Assembly: GCA_963709585.1 (NCBI GenBank)
Contig: CAVPXI010000004.1
Coordinates: forward strand, 224,001-288,000
Reading direction: 5' to 3'
DNA length: 64,000 nt
Source: Candidatus Dormiibacterota bacterium
GTDB taxonomy: Bacteria; Chloroflexota; Dormibacteria; Aeolococcales; Aeolococcaceae
In this document: one piece after another, positions 9,695 through 18,897 of the stretch
Position numbering within the stretch: position 1 is the stretch's first letter
Layout: the number at the start of each line of letters is the position of its first letter
Translations under genes and position numbers: made by a program
The notes under the pieces: model-generated
What the model was told of the DNA's origin: nothing
The model's database searches: none
Seen by the model: only the letters and a program-made list of their open reading frames with translations

Positions 9695-10723
9695 ATGGGC
9701 GAGGAGATGATGCGGCAGGCGCTCGAGACGGTCGTAGCCGGCCGCTCACTGGATATTCCGACAGCTCGGGCGGTGATGGACACGATGATGGAGGGCAAGG
9801 CGTCAGCAGCCCAGGTGGGGGCGCTGGTTGCGGCGTTGCGCACCAAGGGCGAGACGGTCGATGAGCTCTCCGGCATGGTCGAGTCGATGCGAGCTCATGC
9901 CACACCGGTCCCCCTGCAAGTCGATGCCGTGGACACCTGCGGCACCGGCGGGGACGGCGCGGGGACGTTCAACATCTCGACCGCCGCGGCGCTGGTTGCC
10001 GCGGGTGCCGGCTGTCCGGTCGCGAAGCACGGCAACCGCGCGGCGTCATCACGGTGTGGCAGCGCAGACGTGCTCGAAGCTCTTGGCGTGGTGATCTCCC
10101 TCTCGCCGCAGGGCGTTCGCCGTTGCGTGGAAGAAGCCGGGATCGGCTTCCTGTTCGCTCCCGACTTTCACCCGGCGTTGCGCCACGTCGCCGCGGTCCG
10201 TCGCGAGCTCGGGATCCGGACGGTTTTCAACGTGCTCGGCCCGCTCGCGAATCCCGCTCGGGTTCGCCGTCAATCCCTGGGTGTTTCAAACGCGAGACTT
10301 GCGCCGATGATGGCCGAGGTGCTGCATCGATTGGGACACGTCCACGCGCTCGTCTTCACCGGCCCCGACGGCGTTGACGAGCTTGGGGTTGCCGGGAGCG
10401 CGCGATGCTTCGAGGTGACCGTCGAAGGCGTGCGCGATTTCGTCCTCGACCCGCGCGACGTCGGGCTCGAGGCGGCGCCGTTCGACGCTGTGCGCGGCGG
10501 TGATGCTGCGGCCAACGCCGCGACCATCCGGTCAGTTCTCGAAGGTGAGCGTGGACCGCGTCGTGACGTCGTGCTGCTCAACGCCGCGGCAGTCCTGGTC
10601 GCGGCCGACCACGTCACGACCCTTATCGACGGCGTCGCCGTCGCCGGCAGGTCGATCAACTCCGGCGCCGCAGGACGCTCATTGGAACAACTTGCTCGCG
10701 TCTCGCACGAGGAGGCCGCGTGA
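9695..10723 (+). CDS. trpD: Anthranilate phosphoribosyltransferase
   Basis: DTCGTGGDG, FNIST, KHGNR, GPLANP. Confidence 0.95.
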   Translation: MGEEMMRQALETVVAGRSLDIPTARAVMDTMMEGKASAAQVGALVAALRTKGETVDELSGMVESMRAHATPVPLQVDAVDTCGTGGDGAGTFNISTAAALVAAGAGCPVAKHGNRAASSRCGSADVLEALGVVISLSPQGVRRCVEEAGIGFLFAPDFHPALRHVAAVRRELGIRTVFNVLGPLANPARVRRQSLGVSNARLAPMMAEVLHRLGHVHALVFTGPDGVDELGVAGSARCFEVTVEGVRDFVLDPRDVGLEAAPFDAVRGGDAAANAATIRSVLEGERGPRRDVVLLNAAAVLVAADHVTTLIDGVAVAGRSINSGAAGRSLEQLARVSHEEAA

Positions 10724-11415
10724 GCCGCGCGTCGTCGTTGCTCAGCCTGCAGCAGATCGACGATCGGATCGCGACGCTCACCTCCGATATCGCAGCGCTG
10801 GAAGCATCGCTCCGGGGCGATCCCGAGCTCGATCGCCTGCGTGCCGCCGAGGCCGCGGCCCACGAGGAGCACCGGACGCTCGGCGCCGGTGCGAGGCTCG
10901 CCGAGCTCGAGGCGGCCTCGCTGCAGGCGCGCATCCGCGAGCTGGACCGCCGTCTGTACGGGGGCACGGTGCGCAACCCCGCCGAGCTCATCGAGATGCA
11001 GCGCGAGCTCGGGGCGATGCGTGCGAGATTGTCCACGGCTGAGGACGACGCTCTCGAACGCATGGAGCAGGTGGATCGGTCCCTCGCGAACCTCCACAGC
11101 GCATCCGCCGGCGTGGCCGCACGTGAATCGCAACGAAGCAGCTCGATGGAACCGATGCGCGCACGTCTCGCCTCCCTGACCGCCGAGCGCGTTGTCCTGA
11201 CCGCCGAACGCGAAGCGCTGCGTGCCGAGGTGGACCCCGGCGATCTCTCGCTGTATGCGCGAATCGCCGCTCACCGCCGCCCTGCGGTGACCGGACTTGC
11301 GGGTGAGTTCTGTGCAGGGTGCCACATGCCGGTATCGAACGAGGAACGCCGTGCGGTGCGCACCGGGATCGGGCTCACGCAGTGCGCCAACTGCGATCGG
11401 ATCCTCGCCCCGTGA
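10720..11415 (+). CDS. Coiled-coil C4 zinc-ribbon protein (DUF164)
   Basis: LQQID start, long coiled coil, CAGC...CANCDRIL. Confidence 0.9.
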   Translation: MSRASSLLSLQQIDDRIATLTSDIAALEASLRGDPELDRLRAAEAAAHEEHRTLGAGARLAELEAASLQARIRELDRRLYGGTVRNPAELIEMQRELGAMRARLSTAEDDALERMEQVDRSLANLHSASAGVAARESQRSSSMEPMRARLASLTAERVVLTAEREALRAEVDPGDLSLYARIAAHRRPAVTGLAGEFCAGCHMPVSNEERRAVRTGIGLTQCANCDRILAP

Positions 11416-11858
11416 CCGCGACCGTGATCGCCTACACCGACGGCGCCTGCTCCGGGAACCCGGGTGCCGGCGCATGGGCATACCGGATCGAGTGGCCCGA
11501 CGGCGCCATCGACGAAGCCGCCGGGGGTGGCCTCGACACCACCAACAATCGCGAGGAGTTGAAGGCGGTCCGCGAAGCGCTGCTGCGCATTCGCGCGCGC
11601 ACAGGTGACGATCCCGCGTGGCGGATCGTGGTGCGCACCGACAGCCTCGGCGTCATCAACTGGCTCACCGGGTCGTGGAAGCGCAAGAAGAATCTCGACC
11701 TTTACCCGACCATCGACCCGCTCATCGACAGCCGGGTGCGATTCGAGCACGTGCGCGGTCACAGTGGCAATCCGGGGAACGAACGCGTCGACAGCCTCGC
11801 GGTGGAGGAGACGCAGCGGATCATGGCCGGCCACGCCGGCGGAGGTGGTGCGCGATGA
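11412..11858 (+). CDS. rnhA: Ribonuclease HI
   Basis: YTDGACSGNPG, TTNNREEL, TDS, VRGHSG, NERVD. Confidence 0.93.
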   Translation: MTATVIAYTDGACSGNPGAGAWAYRIEWPDGAIDEAAGGGLDTTNNREELKAVREALLRIRARTGDDPAWRIVVRTDSLGVINWLTGSWKRKKNLDLYPTIDPLIDSRVRFEHVRGHSGNPGNERVDSLAVEETQRIMAGHAGGGGAR

Positions 11859-12751
11859 CATATTCGATAGTGGCTCGGGACCCGCAGACCGGAGACCTCG
11901 GCGTTGCGGTGCAATCCCACTGGTTCTCGGTGGGCTCGGGGGTGACCTGGGCGGAATCCGGTGTCGGTGCGATCGCCACCCAGTCGTTTGCGGAACCCGC
12001 CTACGGACCCCGCGGGCTCGCCCTCCTGCGCCTCGGCGTCGACCCGGTGACAGCGCTCGCGGCGCTCACCGGCGCGGACGCCGATCAGGGCCGCCGCCAG
12101 GTCGCCTTCGTCGACGCCGGTGGACGAGTAGCGGTGCACACTGGTGACCAGTGCATCGAGGCTGCCGGGCACGTAACCGCCGGCGGGGTCTCGTGTCAGG
12201 CGAACATGATGCGCGGTCCCGAGGTGTGGCCGGCGATGCTCGACGCGTACCGGGCGTCGGACGGCGATCTCGCCGATCGTTTAATGGCCGCGCTCGACGC
12301 CGCCGAGGCCGCGGGCGGCGACATTCGCGGGCGTCAGTCGGCGGCGATGCTGATCGTCAAGGCGACGGGTTCTGGCCAACCATGGCAGGATCGAATCGTC
12401 GACTTGCGCGTGGACGATGCGCCGGATCCGCTTGGCGAGCTGCGCCGCCTGCTGTCCGTGCACCGCGGCTACGAGCACATGGAGGTCGCCGAGCAGCGCG
12501 AGAACGCCGGTGACATGACCGGGAGTCTCGAGGCTTACGAGCGGGCGCGCACGCTGCTTGCCGGCAACGACGAGGCAACCTTCTGGGCGGCGATTCTCAT
12601 GGCCGGCGCCGGGCGAGCGGATGAGGCACGCGAGCTGCTCGCCGACATCACGTCGCGCGAACCCGGCTGGCGCGATCTGCTGCTGCGCCTGCCGGCGGCG
12701 GGGCTCCTGACCGACGGCGATTCGACGCTGGCGACCCTGCTGGGACAGTGA
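11855..12751 (+). CDS. DUF1028 (Ntn-hydrolase-like) protein with TPR-like tail
   Basis: MTYSIVARD, GGDIRGRQSAA, DLRVDD. Confidence 0.88.
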   Translation: MTYSIVARDPQTGDLGVAVQSHWFSVGSGVTWAESGVGAIATQSFAEPAYGPRGLALLRLGVDPVTALAALTGADADQGRRQVAFVDAGGRVAVHTGDQCIEAAGHVTAGGVSCQANMMRGPEVWPAMLDAYRASDGDLADRLMAALDAAEAAGGDIRGRQSAAMLIVKATGSGQPWQDRIVDLRVDDAPDPLGELRRLLSVHRGYEHMEVAEQRENAGDMTGSLEAYERARTLLAGNDEATFWAAILMAGAGRADEARELLADITSREPGWRDLLLRLPAAGLLTDGDSTLATLLGQ

Positions 12752-12756
12752 GGGGA

Positions 12757-13134
12757 GTGCAAGCCGGCCGATAAGCCGGGTTCTGTCCTCCTCCGCGCGG
12801 CGGATGAGGGACGGTCATCCATCTGGGACGCCGGTTGCCCGGCGCCTCGAGCGGCCCACCTGAGACGCGGGAAGCGAGCAACTCCTGAGCGCCGAAGCGC
12901 TCGGTCTCTGTTCGGCCTTGCTCCGGGCGGGGTTTACCTGGCCGGCCGGTCACCCGGCCGCCGGTGGGCTCTTACCCCACCATTTCACCGTTGCCCCGGA
13001 CAGGTCCGGGGCTGTGTCATTTCTGTGGCACTCTCCTTCGGGTCACCCCGACTGGGCGTTACCCAGCGCCCTGCTCTGCGGAGCCCGGACTTTCCTCGGA
13101 CGGCGTGCGTCCGCGACCGTCTGGCCGGCTTGCG
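12757..13134 (-). ncRNA. rnpB: RNase P RNA
   Basis: Minus strand has GAGGAAAGTCC near the 5' end and ACAGAACCCGGCTTA near the 3' end; P1 helix GCAAGCCGGCC/GGCCGGCTTGC; TAGACT -10 at 13140-13145. Confidence 0.97.
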
Positions 13135-13196
13135 TGTCGAGTCTATCCTCTGGAGCTGCCGGACACGACATCCGCTTTGAGGAGGATCCGCCGACC

Positions 13197-13901
13197 ATGC
13201 ACAGGCGTCTGCTGCTCCACGCCGGGGGTGATGGGGCGTCCGCGCGCTCCGCGGTGATCGACCACCTTCGCGGGGCTCGCCGCGCGGTGATGATCCCGTA
13301 CGCCCAGAGCGACCACGATCGCGCGACAGCGCGGTTCGCCGAATGGCTCGCCCCACACGGCATCGAGATCGCCGGGGTGCACACCGGGGCCGATCCCGCC
13401 GCGGCCGTCGCCGGCGCCGAGGCGATCTTCGTCACCGGCGGCAACAGCTTCCGGCTGGTCAGCGCGCTCCATCGACTGTCGCTGATCGACCCGGTTCGTG
13501 CTGCGATCGACAGCGGGATTCCCTATTTCGGCGCGAGCGCCGGTGCCAACGTCGCGTGCCCGACCATCCGGACAACCAACGACATGCCGATCGTGCAACC
13601 ACCGAGCTTTGAGGCCTTCAACCTGGTGCCGTTCCAGATCAACCCCCATTACATCGATCCGCCGCCGCCAGAGGCCCGCATCGGCGAGACCCGCGAGGAA
13701 CGCTTGATCGAGTTCCTCGAGGAGAACGAAGCGACCGTGGTGGCGCTCCGGGAGCAGAGCTGGCTCGAGGTCGACGGCCCTTCGATGCGCTTGCGCGGGA
13801 CGGGCGGGGCAGTGCTGTTCCGGAGGGGCGCCGAGCCCGGGCAGCTGTCCGGCGGAGCGGATCTGTCCTGGCTGCTGCTGGAAACCCCGCGCTACGGGTG
13901 A
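13197..13901 (+). CDS. pepE: Dipeptidase E (peptidase S51)
   Basis: GGNSF, GASAG, TIRTTNDMPI, QINPHY, GETREERL. Confidence 0.93.
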   Translation: MHRRLLLHAGGDGASARSAVIDHLRGARRAVMIPYAQSDHDRATARFAEWLAPHGIEIAGVHTGADPAAAVAGAEAIFVTGGNSFRLVSALHRLSLIDPVRAAIDSGIPYFGASAGANVACPTIRTTNDMPIVQPPSFEAFNLVPFQINPHYIDPPPPEARIGETREERLIEFLEENEATVVALREQSWLEVDGPSMRLRGTGGAVLFRRGAEPGQLSGGADLSWLLLETPRYG

Positions 13902-13919
13902 TGCGTACATTTGTTTGCG

Positions 13920-13948
13920 TTGACGCCTCACCACACACCTGTTAGGGT
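13920..13948 (+). promoter_or_regulatory. Sigma70-type dcw promoter
   Basis: TTGACG-17 nt-TAGGGT upstream of mraZ. Confidence 0.75.
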
Positions 13949-13959
13949 TCGGCCCGCCG

Positions 13960-13983
13960 GTGGAGAAAAGTGGTGAGTAGTGG
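13960..13983 (+). promoter_or_regulatory. MraZ operator (three GTGG repeats, 10-bp period)
   Basis: GTGG-N6-GTGG-N6-GTGG at 13960, 13970 and 13980. Confidence 0.8.
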
Positions 13984-13993
13984 GGATACCGAC

Positions 13994-14497
13994 GTGACGA
14001 CGGCGAGGCTCGAGCAAACGCAGGTCGCTCTGCCTGCTCCAGCGCACTTCTGCGGAACTTACCGTCATCGTATCGACGAGAAGGGCCGCGTGGCGATTCC
14101 CGCTCAGCTGCGCCGCTTCCTCCCTGAAGGCAGTGTCGTCGCCCCAGGTCCCGAGCATCGCTTGATGATCTGGCCCCCGGACGAGTGGGCGATCCAGAAA
14201 GACCTCTTCCGGCGCACTGCTGAGACTCCCGCTCAGGAGCGTCGCTTCCTGCGCCGTCTCACCGGCAACAGCTACCCGTTCGAGCTCGATGCCCAGGGGC
14301 GTCTGCTCCTGTCGGCGCATCACCGGGCGTTCGCCCAGATCATCGACATGGTCGTCTTCGTCGGACTCGACACAGGCGTCGAGATCACCGCCGACGAGCG
14401 CTGGCAGGAGCAGGAAGAACTCGATCCCGACGAGTTCACCCAGGTCTGGGACCTGGTCCACCAGCGCGGCACGCCCGCATCTCCGTCTCCGGCGTGA
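13994..14497 (+). CDS. mraZ: Transcriptional regulator MraZ
   Basis: IDEKGRVAIP and LDAQGRLLL repeats; first gene of the dcw cluster. Confidence 0.93.
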   Translation: MTTARLEQTQVALPAPAHFCGTYRHRIDEKGRVAIPAQLRRFLPEGSVVAPGPEHRLMIWPPDEWAIQKDLFRRTAETPAQERRFLRRLTGNSYPFELDAQGRLLLSAHHRAFAQIIDMVVFVGLDTGVEITADERWQEQEELDPDEFTQVWDLVHQRGTPASPSPA

Positions 14498-14524
14498 GCG
14501 CCCCAGACGGACCGGCCTCGTTAC

Positions 14525-15541
14525 ATGACCATCCCCCTGTCGTTCGTGGCCGGCATGGGGACGCTCGTCGGTGCCACGCCCGGTGCCCCGTCGCTTGACG
14601 GCGCGGGCCACCGGCCGGTCCTTCTCACACCCCTCATAGAGAGCCTGCAGCCCCGGCCCGGGCAGATCGCCGTCGACGCCACCTTTGGCGCCGGCGGGGT
14701 CACGGGCGCGCTTCTCGAGCGCGTCTCCCCGGGCGGCCGGGTGATCGCGATCGATCGCGATCAGAGCGCTGTCGACGCCGGTCGCGCCCGTTTCGGCGCA
14801 GGCGGCGCCATCGAGATCGTCCAGGGTGACTTCGCCGACCTCGAAGCCATCGTCCACGCGCACGGCGTGGCGGCGGCAGACGTCGTCGTCTTCGACCTCG
14901 GCATCTCGTCCCTCCAGCTCGACGACCCGGCCCGCGGCTTCAGCTTCCGCCTCGACGGGCCGCTCGACATGCGCATGAACCCGAGCTCCGGCATGACCGC
15001 CGCGCACCTTGTCGACTCGCTGACAGCGGACGAGCTGACCTCGATGATCCGTGACTACGGCGACGAGCGGTTCGCGCGATCGATCGCAACGCGAATCGTC
15101 AGAGCACGGGAGCGGACGCCGATCACCACCACGACGCAGCTTCGCGAGCTGGTCGAGCAGGTGGTGCCCCGGCGGTTCTGGCCGAAGCGGATCCACCCGG
15201 CGACGCGCACCTTCCAGGCGCTTCGCATCGCGGTGAATCACGAACTGGAAAGCCTCGAACGAGGCTTGCAGGCAGCGATCAGCATCCTCCGGCCCGGTGG
15301 GCGTCTTGGGGTCATCTCATTCCACTCTCTCGAGGACACCCTTGTAAAGAATGCACTCCACGTCGCAGCTCAGAATTGTGTCTGTCCGCCCCAACAGCCC
15401 CACTGCACCTGCGTCCACCGGGCCACACTCTTTCTCCTCACCCGCAAGGTGATCCGGCCGGATTCCGCGGAACTGGCCACGAATCCGAGATCGCGCTCGG
15501 CGCGCCTGCGGGTGGCGGAGAAGCTCGCCACCGAGGGGTGA
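14525..15541 (+). CDS. rsmH: 16S rRNA m4C1402 methyltransferase
   Basis: HRPVL, DLGISSLQLD, RGFSF, FQALRIAVN, SFHSLED, NPRSRSARLR. Confidence 0.97.
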   Translation: MTIPLSFVAGMGTLVGATPGAPSLDGAGHRPVLLTPLIESLQPRPGQIAVDATFGAGGVTGALLERVSPGGRVIAIDRDQSAVDAGRARFGAGGAIEIVQGDFADLEAIVHAHGVAAADVVVFDLGISSLQLDDPARGFSFRLDGPLDMRMNPSSGMTAAHLVDSLTADELTSMIRDYGDERFARSIATRIVRARERTPITTTTQLRELVEQVVPRRFWPKRIHPATRTFQALRIAVNHELESLERGLQAAISILRPGGRLGVISFHSLEDTLVKNALHVAAQNCVCPPQQPHCTCVHRATLFLLTRKVIRPDSAELATNPRSRSARLRVAEKLATEG

Positions 15542-15689
15542 CGAGCGCCGCCACTTCTCTACGCCTCACTTCGCGCCCCAGGGGAGAGCCGCGCCTGGCT
15601 CTCCCCGCCACCACTCCCGTCGCCCGGCCCGGCACCGTCGGTGCCCCTCCATCGTCCACCTCAACGTTTCACCACTGGAGATCAGGGCA

Positions 15690-16172
15690 GTGCCCAACTT
15701 GCGTTTCGCACGTGGAGTCGACCGAGCGTCGACCCCGACGGCTGCCGGCGTCGACGACGTCCCATTCGAACCGCTGGTTCGGCGGCTTCGCATCCGTCGC
15801 GGCGGCCCGCGGACGCCGTTGCCATTGCTGCCGGTGATCGCGATCGCCGCCGGGATCGGCATCGCGTACGTCAACCAGACGGCGCACGTCACCACGGCCA
15901 CCTACCAGGCCACGCGCCTCGCCTCCCAACAGCAGCAGCTCGTTGCCCAGGACTCGCAGCTCAGCGCTGAGCTCTCCCGCCTGCAGTCGTCGGAGCGGAT
16001 CATCTTCGCGGCTCAGGAGATGGGCATGCGCCCGGCTGGGAAATGGGCGTTCGTCGTTTCGGCGCCGCATAACGTACTCACGTCGCCGCCCGCCGAGCAG
16101 CTCACCGGCAGCGACACCAACGGCACCCTGCAGCAGCTGATCGGCGCACTCGACGGTGCATGGGGTCGATGA
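15690..16172 (+). CDS. ftsL: FtsL-like cell division protein
   Basis: Single TM segment plus coiled coil; located between rsmH and ftsI. Confidence 0.7.
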   Translation: MPNLRFARGVDRASTPTAAGVDDVPFEPLVRRLRIRRGGPRTPLPLLPVIAIAAGIGIAYVNQTAHVTTATYQATRLASQQQQLVAQDSQLSAELSRLQSSERIIFAAQEMGMRPAGKWAFVVSAPHNVLTSPPAEQLTGSDTNGTLQQLIGALDGAWGR

Positions 16173-17941
16173 ACCCTCGCCGCCGCACGCCGGGCTCGGC
16201 ACGGTCGGCGCACGCGCACGCGCTCTCCGACGCGCCCGATCTGCGTCGTCGCGGGCTCTGGCTGGTGCTCGCGTTCCTCGCCATGGCAACCGCCGTCTTC
16301 GGCCGCCTGGTTCAGGTCCAGGTGATCCAGGGGAAGGCGCTCGCCCGCGCGGCAGCCGCGTCGCACACCACGTCGATCACGCTGCACGCCACTCGCGGCG
16401 TGATCCTCGACCGTAACGGACGCGTCCTGGTGAGCAACGTCCAGGTCTTCGACGTGTTCGCCGATCCCGCGCTCGTGCCGGCCGCGGATCGCGAGCAGGT
16501 GGCGGGCATGCTCGCCCCGATTCTGCAGCTCAGCGCGAGCCAGGTCCTGCGCGCTCTCAATCAGCCCAATCAGTTCGATTACCTCGCCAAGGGCGTCTCC
16601 CAGGATGTCAACGACAAGCTCCAGGCACTCGGCCTCAGCGGTGTCGGCACGATCCCGTCCGAGCAGACCGTCTACGATCCGTCGCCCGTGCCCGGCGATT
16701 CGTTCGCCGCCAACCTGCTCGGCTTCGTCAACGCCGGCGGTGTCGGTCAGTACGGCCTCGAGGGGTACTACAACTCGATCCTGTCCGGCGTCACCGGACA
16801 CGAGTCCACCCTGACCGACGTCAACGGCAACGCCATCGTCCTCAGCAGACAGCAGATGGTTCCTGCTAAAAATGGCGATAACCTGCAGCTCGGGCTCGAC
16901 TCGCAGATCCAGTACTGGGCCGACCTGGCGATCGCCAACGGGGTGAACTCGTCGAAGTCCACGTCGGGCACCCTGATGATCATGGACACCAAGACCGGGG
17001 CCATCGACGCCTGGGCCCAGTACCCCTCGTACAACGCCAACAACTTCGCCTCCGCGAGCATCGCGAACTTCCGCGACCTGGCGGTGACCCAGCCCTACGA
17101 ACCGGGTTCGATCATGAAGGTCATCACCTTCGCCGGTGGACTCAACAACAACGCCTTCACCCCGAGCACGGTCATCGACGAGAAGCAGCAGCGGATCGAT
17201 GGCTACCTCATCCATGACTGGGATCGGAAATCGCACGGCAACGTCACCATGCAGTGGGTGCTCGACAACTCACTGAACAACGGGGCCATCGACGCCGAGA
17301 AGATGGAAGGCCAGAACGCGTTCTACAACAACCTGCTCGCCTTTGGCATCGGCGCCCCCACCGGGATCGACCTGGCCGGCGAGGTCAACAACCCACTGGC
17401 GCCGGCGTCGTCGTGGAATGACCTGCGCTACGCCGAGGCCTCCTTCGGGCAGGGGCTCGTGACCACGCCGGTGGAGATGCTGGCCGCGGTGAACGCGGTC
17501 GCCAACGGCGGCATCTGGGTGCAGCCGCACGTCGTCGATGCCGTCGTCAACCCCAACACCGGCAAGGCCACGCCATTCGTGCCGGTGACCCGCCGCGTCA
17601 TCTCCGCCGCCGCCGCGAATACCCTCGCGCACATGATGGTGGGTGTGGTGAACGACCCGGGCGGCGAGGGCAAGCGGGCAAAGATCCCCGGATACAGCAT
17701 GGAGATCGCGGGCAAGACCGGCACAGCCCAGGTCGCGCTCCCCAACGGGGGAGGCTACGGCCCCAACGTGGTGGCGTCCTTCGTGGGTTTCCTGCCGGTC
17801 ACCAACCCGCAGTTCACCATGATGGTGATCCTGAACAACCCACAGGTGAGCGCCGGTAATCGGTTCGGCTCCATCCTCGCCGCGCCGATCTGGAAACAGA
17901 TGGCCGAGATGATGATCGACGACTGGCGCATCGAACCGTGA
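16169..17941 (+). CDS. ftsI: Class B penicillin-binding protein (FtsI)
   Basis: RGVILDRNG, EPGSIMK (SxxK), SLN (SxN), KTGT. Confidence 0.93.
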   Translation: MNPRRRTPGSARSAHAHALSDAPDLRRRGLWLVLAFLAMATAVFGRLVQVQVIQGKALARAAAASHTTSITLHATRGVILDRNGRVLVSNVQVFDVFADPALVPAADREQVAGMLAPILQLSASQVLRALNQPNQFDYLAKGVSQDVNDKLQALGLSGVGTIPSEQTVYDPSPVPGDSFAANLLGFVNAGGVGQYGLEGYYNSILSGVTGHESTLTDVNGNAIVLSRQQMVPAKNGDNLQLGLDSQIQYWADLAIANGVNSSKSTSGTLMIMDTKTGAIDAWAQYPSYNANNFASASIANFRDLAVTQPYEPGSIMKVITFAGGLNNNAFTPSTVIDEKQQRIDGYLIHDWDRKSHGNVTMQWVLDNSLNNGAIDAEKMEGQNAFYNNLLAFGIGAPTGIDLAGEVNNPLAPASSWNDLRYAEASFGQGLVTTPVEMLAAVNAVANGGIWVQPHVVDAVVNPNTGKATPFVPVTRRVISAAAANTLAHMMVGVVNDPGGEGKRAKIPGYSMEIAGKTGTAQVALPNGGGYGPNVVASFVGFLPVTNPQFTMMVILNNPQVSAGNRFGSILAAPIWKQMAEMMIDDWRIEP

Positions 17942-18897
17942 GGGAGGCCATCCTCGTCGGCGTGCTCGCCTTCGTGGCGGGTGTTGTCCTGTATCCAGCG
18001 TTCATCGGCCTGCTGGTGCGATTCGGGGCGCGTCAGCACGTCGCCTCATACAGTCCGGCGAGCCACCGCGCCAAGGAGGGAACACCGACGCTCGGCGGCG
18101 CGCTGTTCTGCCTGGTGGTGCTGGTCGCCTGGCTCGCCGTCGATCGCTCCCGCCAGGGGTTCATCCCGATCTTCGCGCTGCTCGCCGGGGCGATCGCGGG
18201 CGCCCTCGACGACATCGTCAACATCAACGACGCCCGGCGGCTCGGGCTCTCGGTGTGGCAGAAGCTCGGCCTTCAGGGCGTCACCGGCGTGCTCGTCGGG
18301 GTCGGGCTGACCATCGCCGGGTTCACCCATCAGTTCTTTCCCGGGCTCGGCGCACCGAACCTCGGCTGGGGACTCGCGGTGGTGGTGGCGATCGCGGTGG
18401 TCGCCACCAGCAACGCCGTCAATCTCACCGACGGTGTCGACGGCCTGGCCGCGTCATGCACGTCGCTCGTGCTCGTCGGCATCACGATCATCGCGGTGAT
18501 GCGCGGCGACCTCTCGGTCGCGATCCTCGCCGCGGCACTCGCCGGGTCGGTGACCGCCTTCCTCCTCTTCAACTGGTTCCCGGCCCGGGTGTTCATGGGT
18601 GACGCGGGGTCGCTGGCGCTCGGATCCGCCATCGTCGCGCTGTCCGCGGAATTGCACCTCATCTGGTTGCTCCCGGTGCTTGGCATCGTCTTCGTGGTCG
18701 AGGCGGCGAGCGTCGTGGTCAACGTCACCGCGATACGAAGGTTCGGCACTCGAGTGCTGCGCGCGAGCCCGATCCACCATCACTTCGAGGAGCTCGGGCT
18801 CAGGGAGCAGCGACTCGTCGCCGCCTTCGCAGCGGCGGCGGCGGCCGGCGCGGCGATCACCGTGCTGTTCGCGCGCGTCGCCGGGCCGGCGTCGTGA
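17938..18897 (+). CDS. mraY: Phospho-N-acetylmuramoyl-pentapeptide transferase
   Basis: KEGTPTLGG, NAVNLTDGVDGL, VFMGDAGS, PIHHHFE. Confidence 0.96.
   Translation: MREAILVGVLAFVAGVVLYPAFIGLLVRFGARQHVASYSPASHRAKEGTPTLGGALFCLVVLVAWLAVDRSRQGFIPIFALLAGAIAGALDDIVNINDARRLGLSVWQKLGLQGVTGVLVGVGLTIAGFTHQFFPGLGAPNLGWGLAVVVAIAVVATSNAVNLTDGVDGLAASCTSLVLVGITIIAVMRGDLSVAILAAALAGSVTAFLLFNWFPARVFMGDAGSLALGSAIVALSAELHLIWLLPVLGIVFVVEAASVVVNVTAIRRFGTRVLRASPIHHHFEELGLREQRLVAAFAAAAAAGAAITVLFARVAGPAS

Noticed and set aside
12648-13196. ORFs over rnpB, including the N-terminal extension of pepE
   Set aside because: Spurious frames across a structural RNA. The same applies to ORFs over tmRNA.
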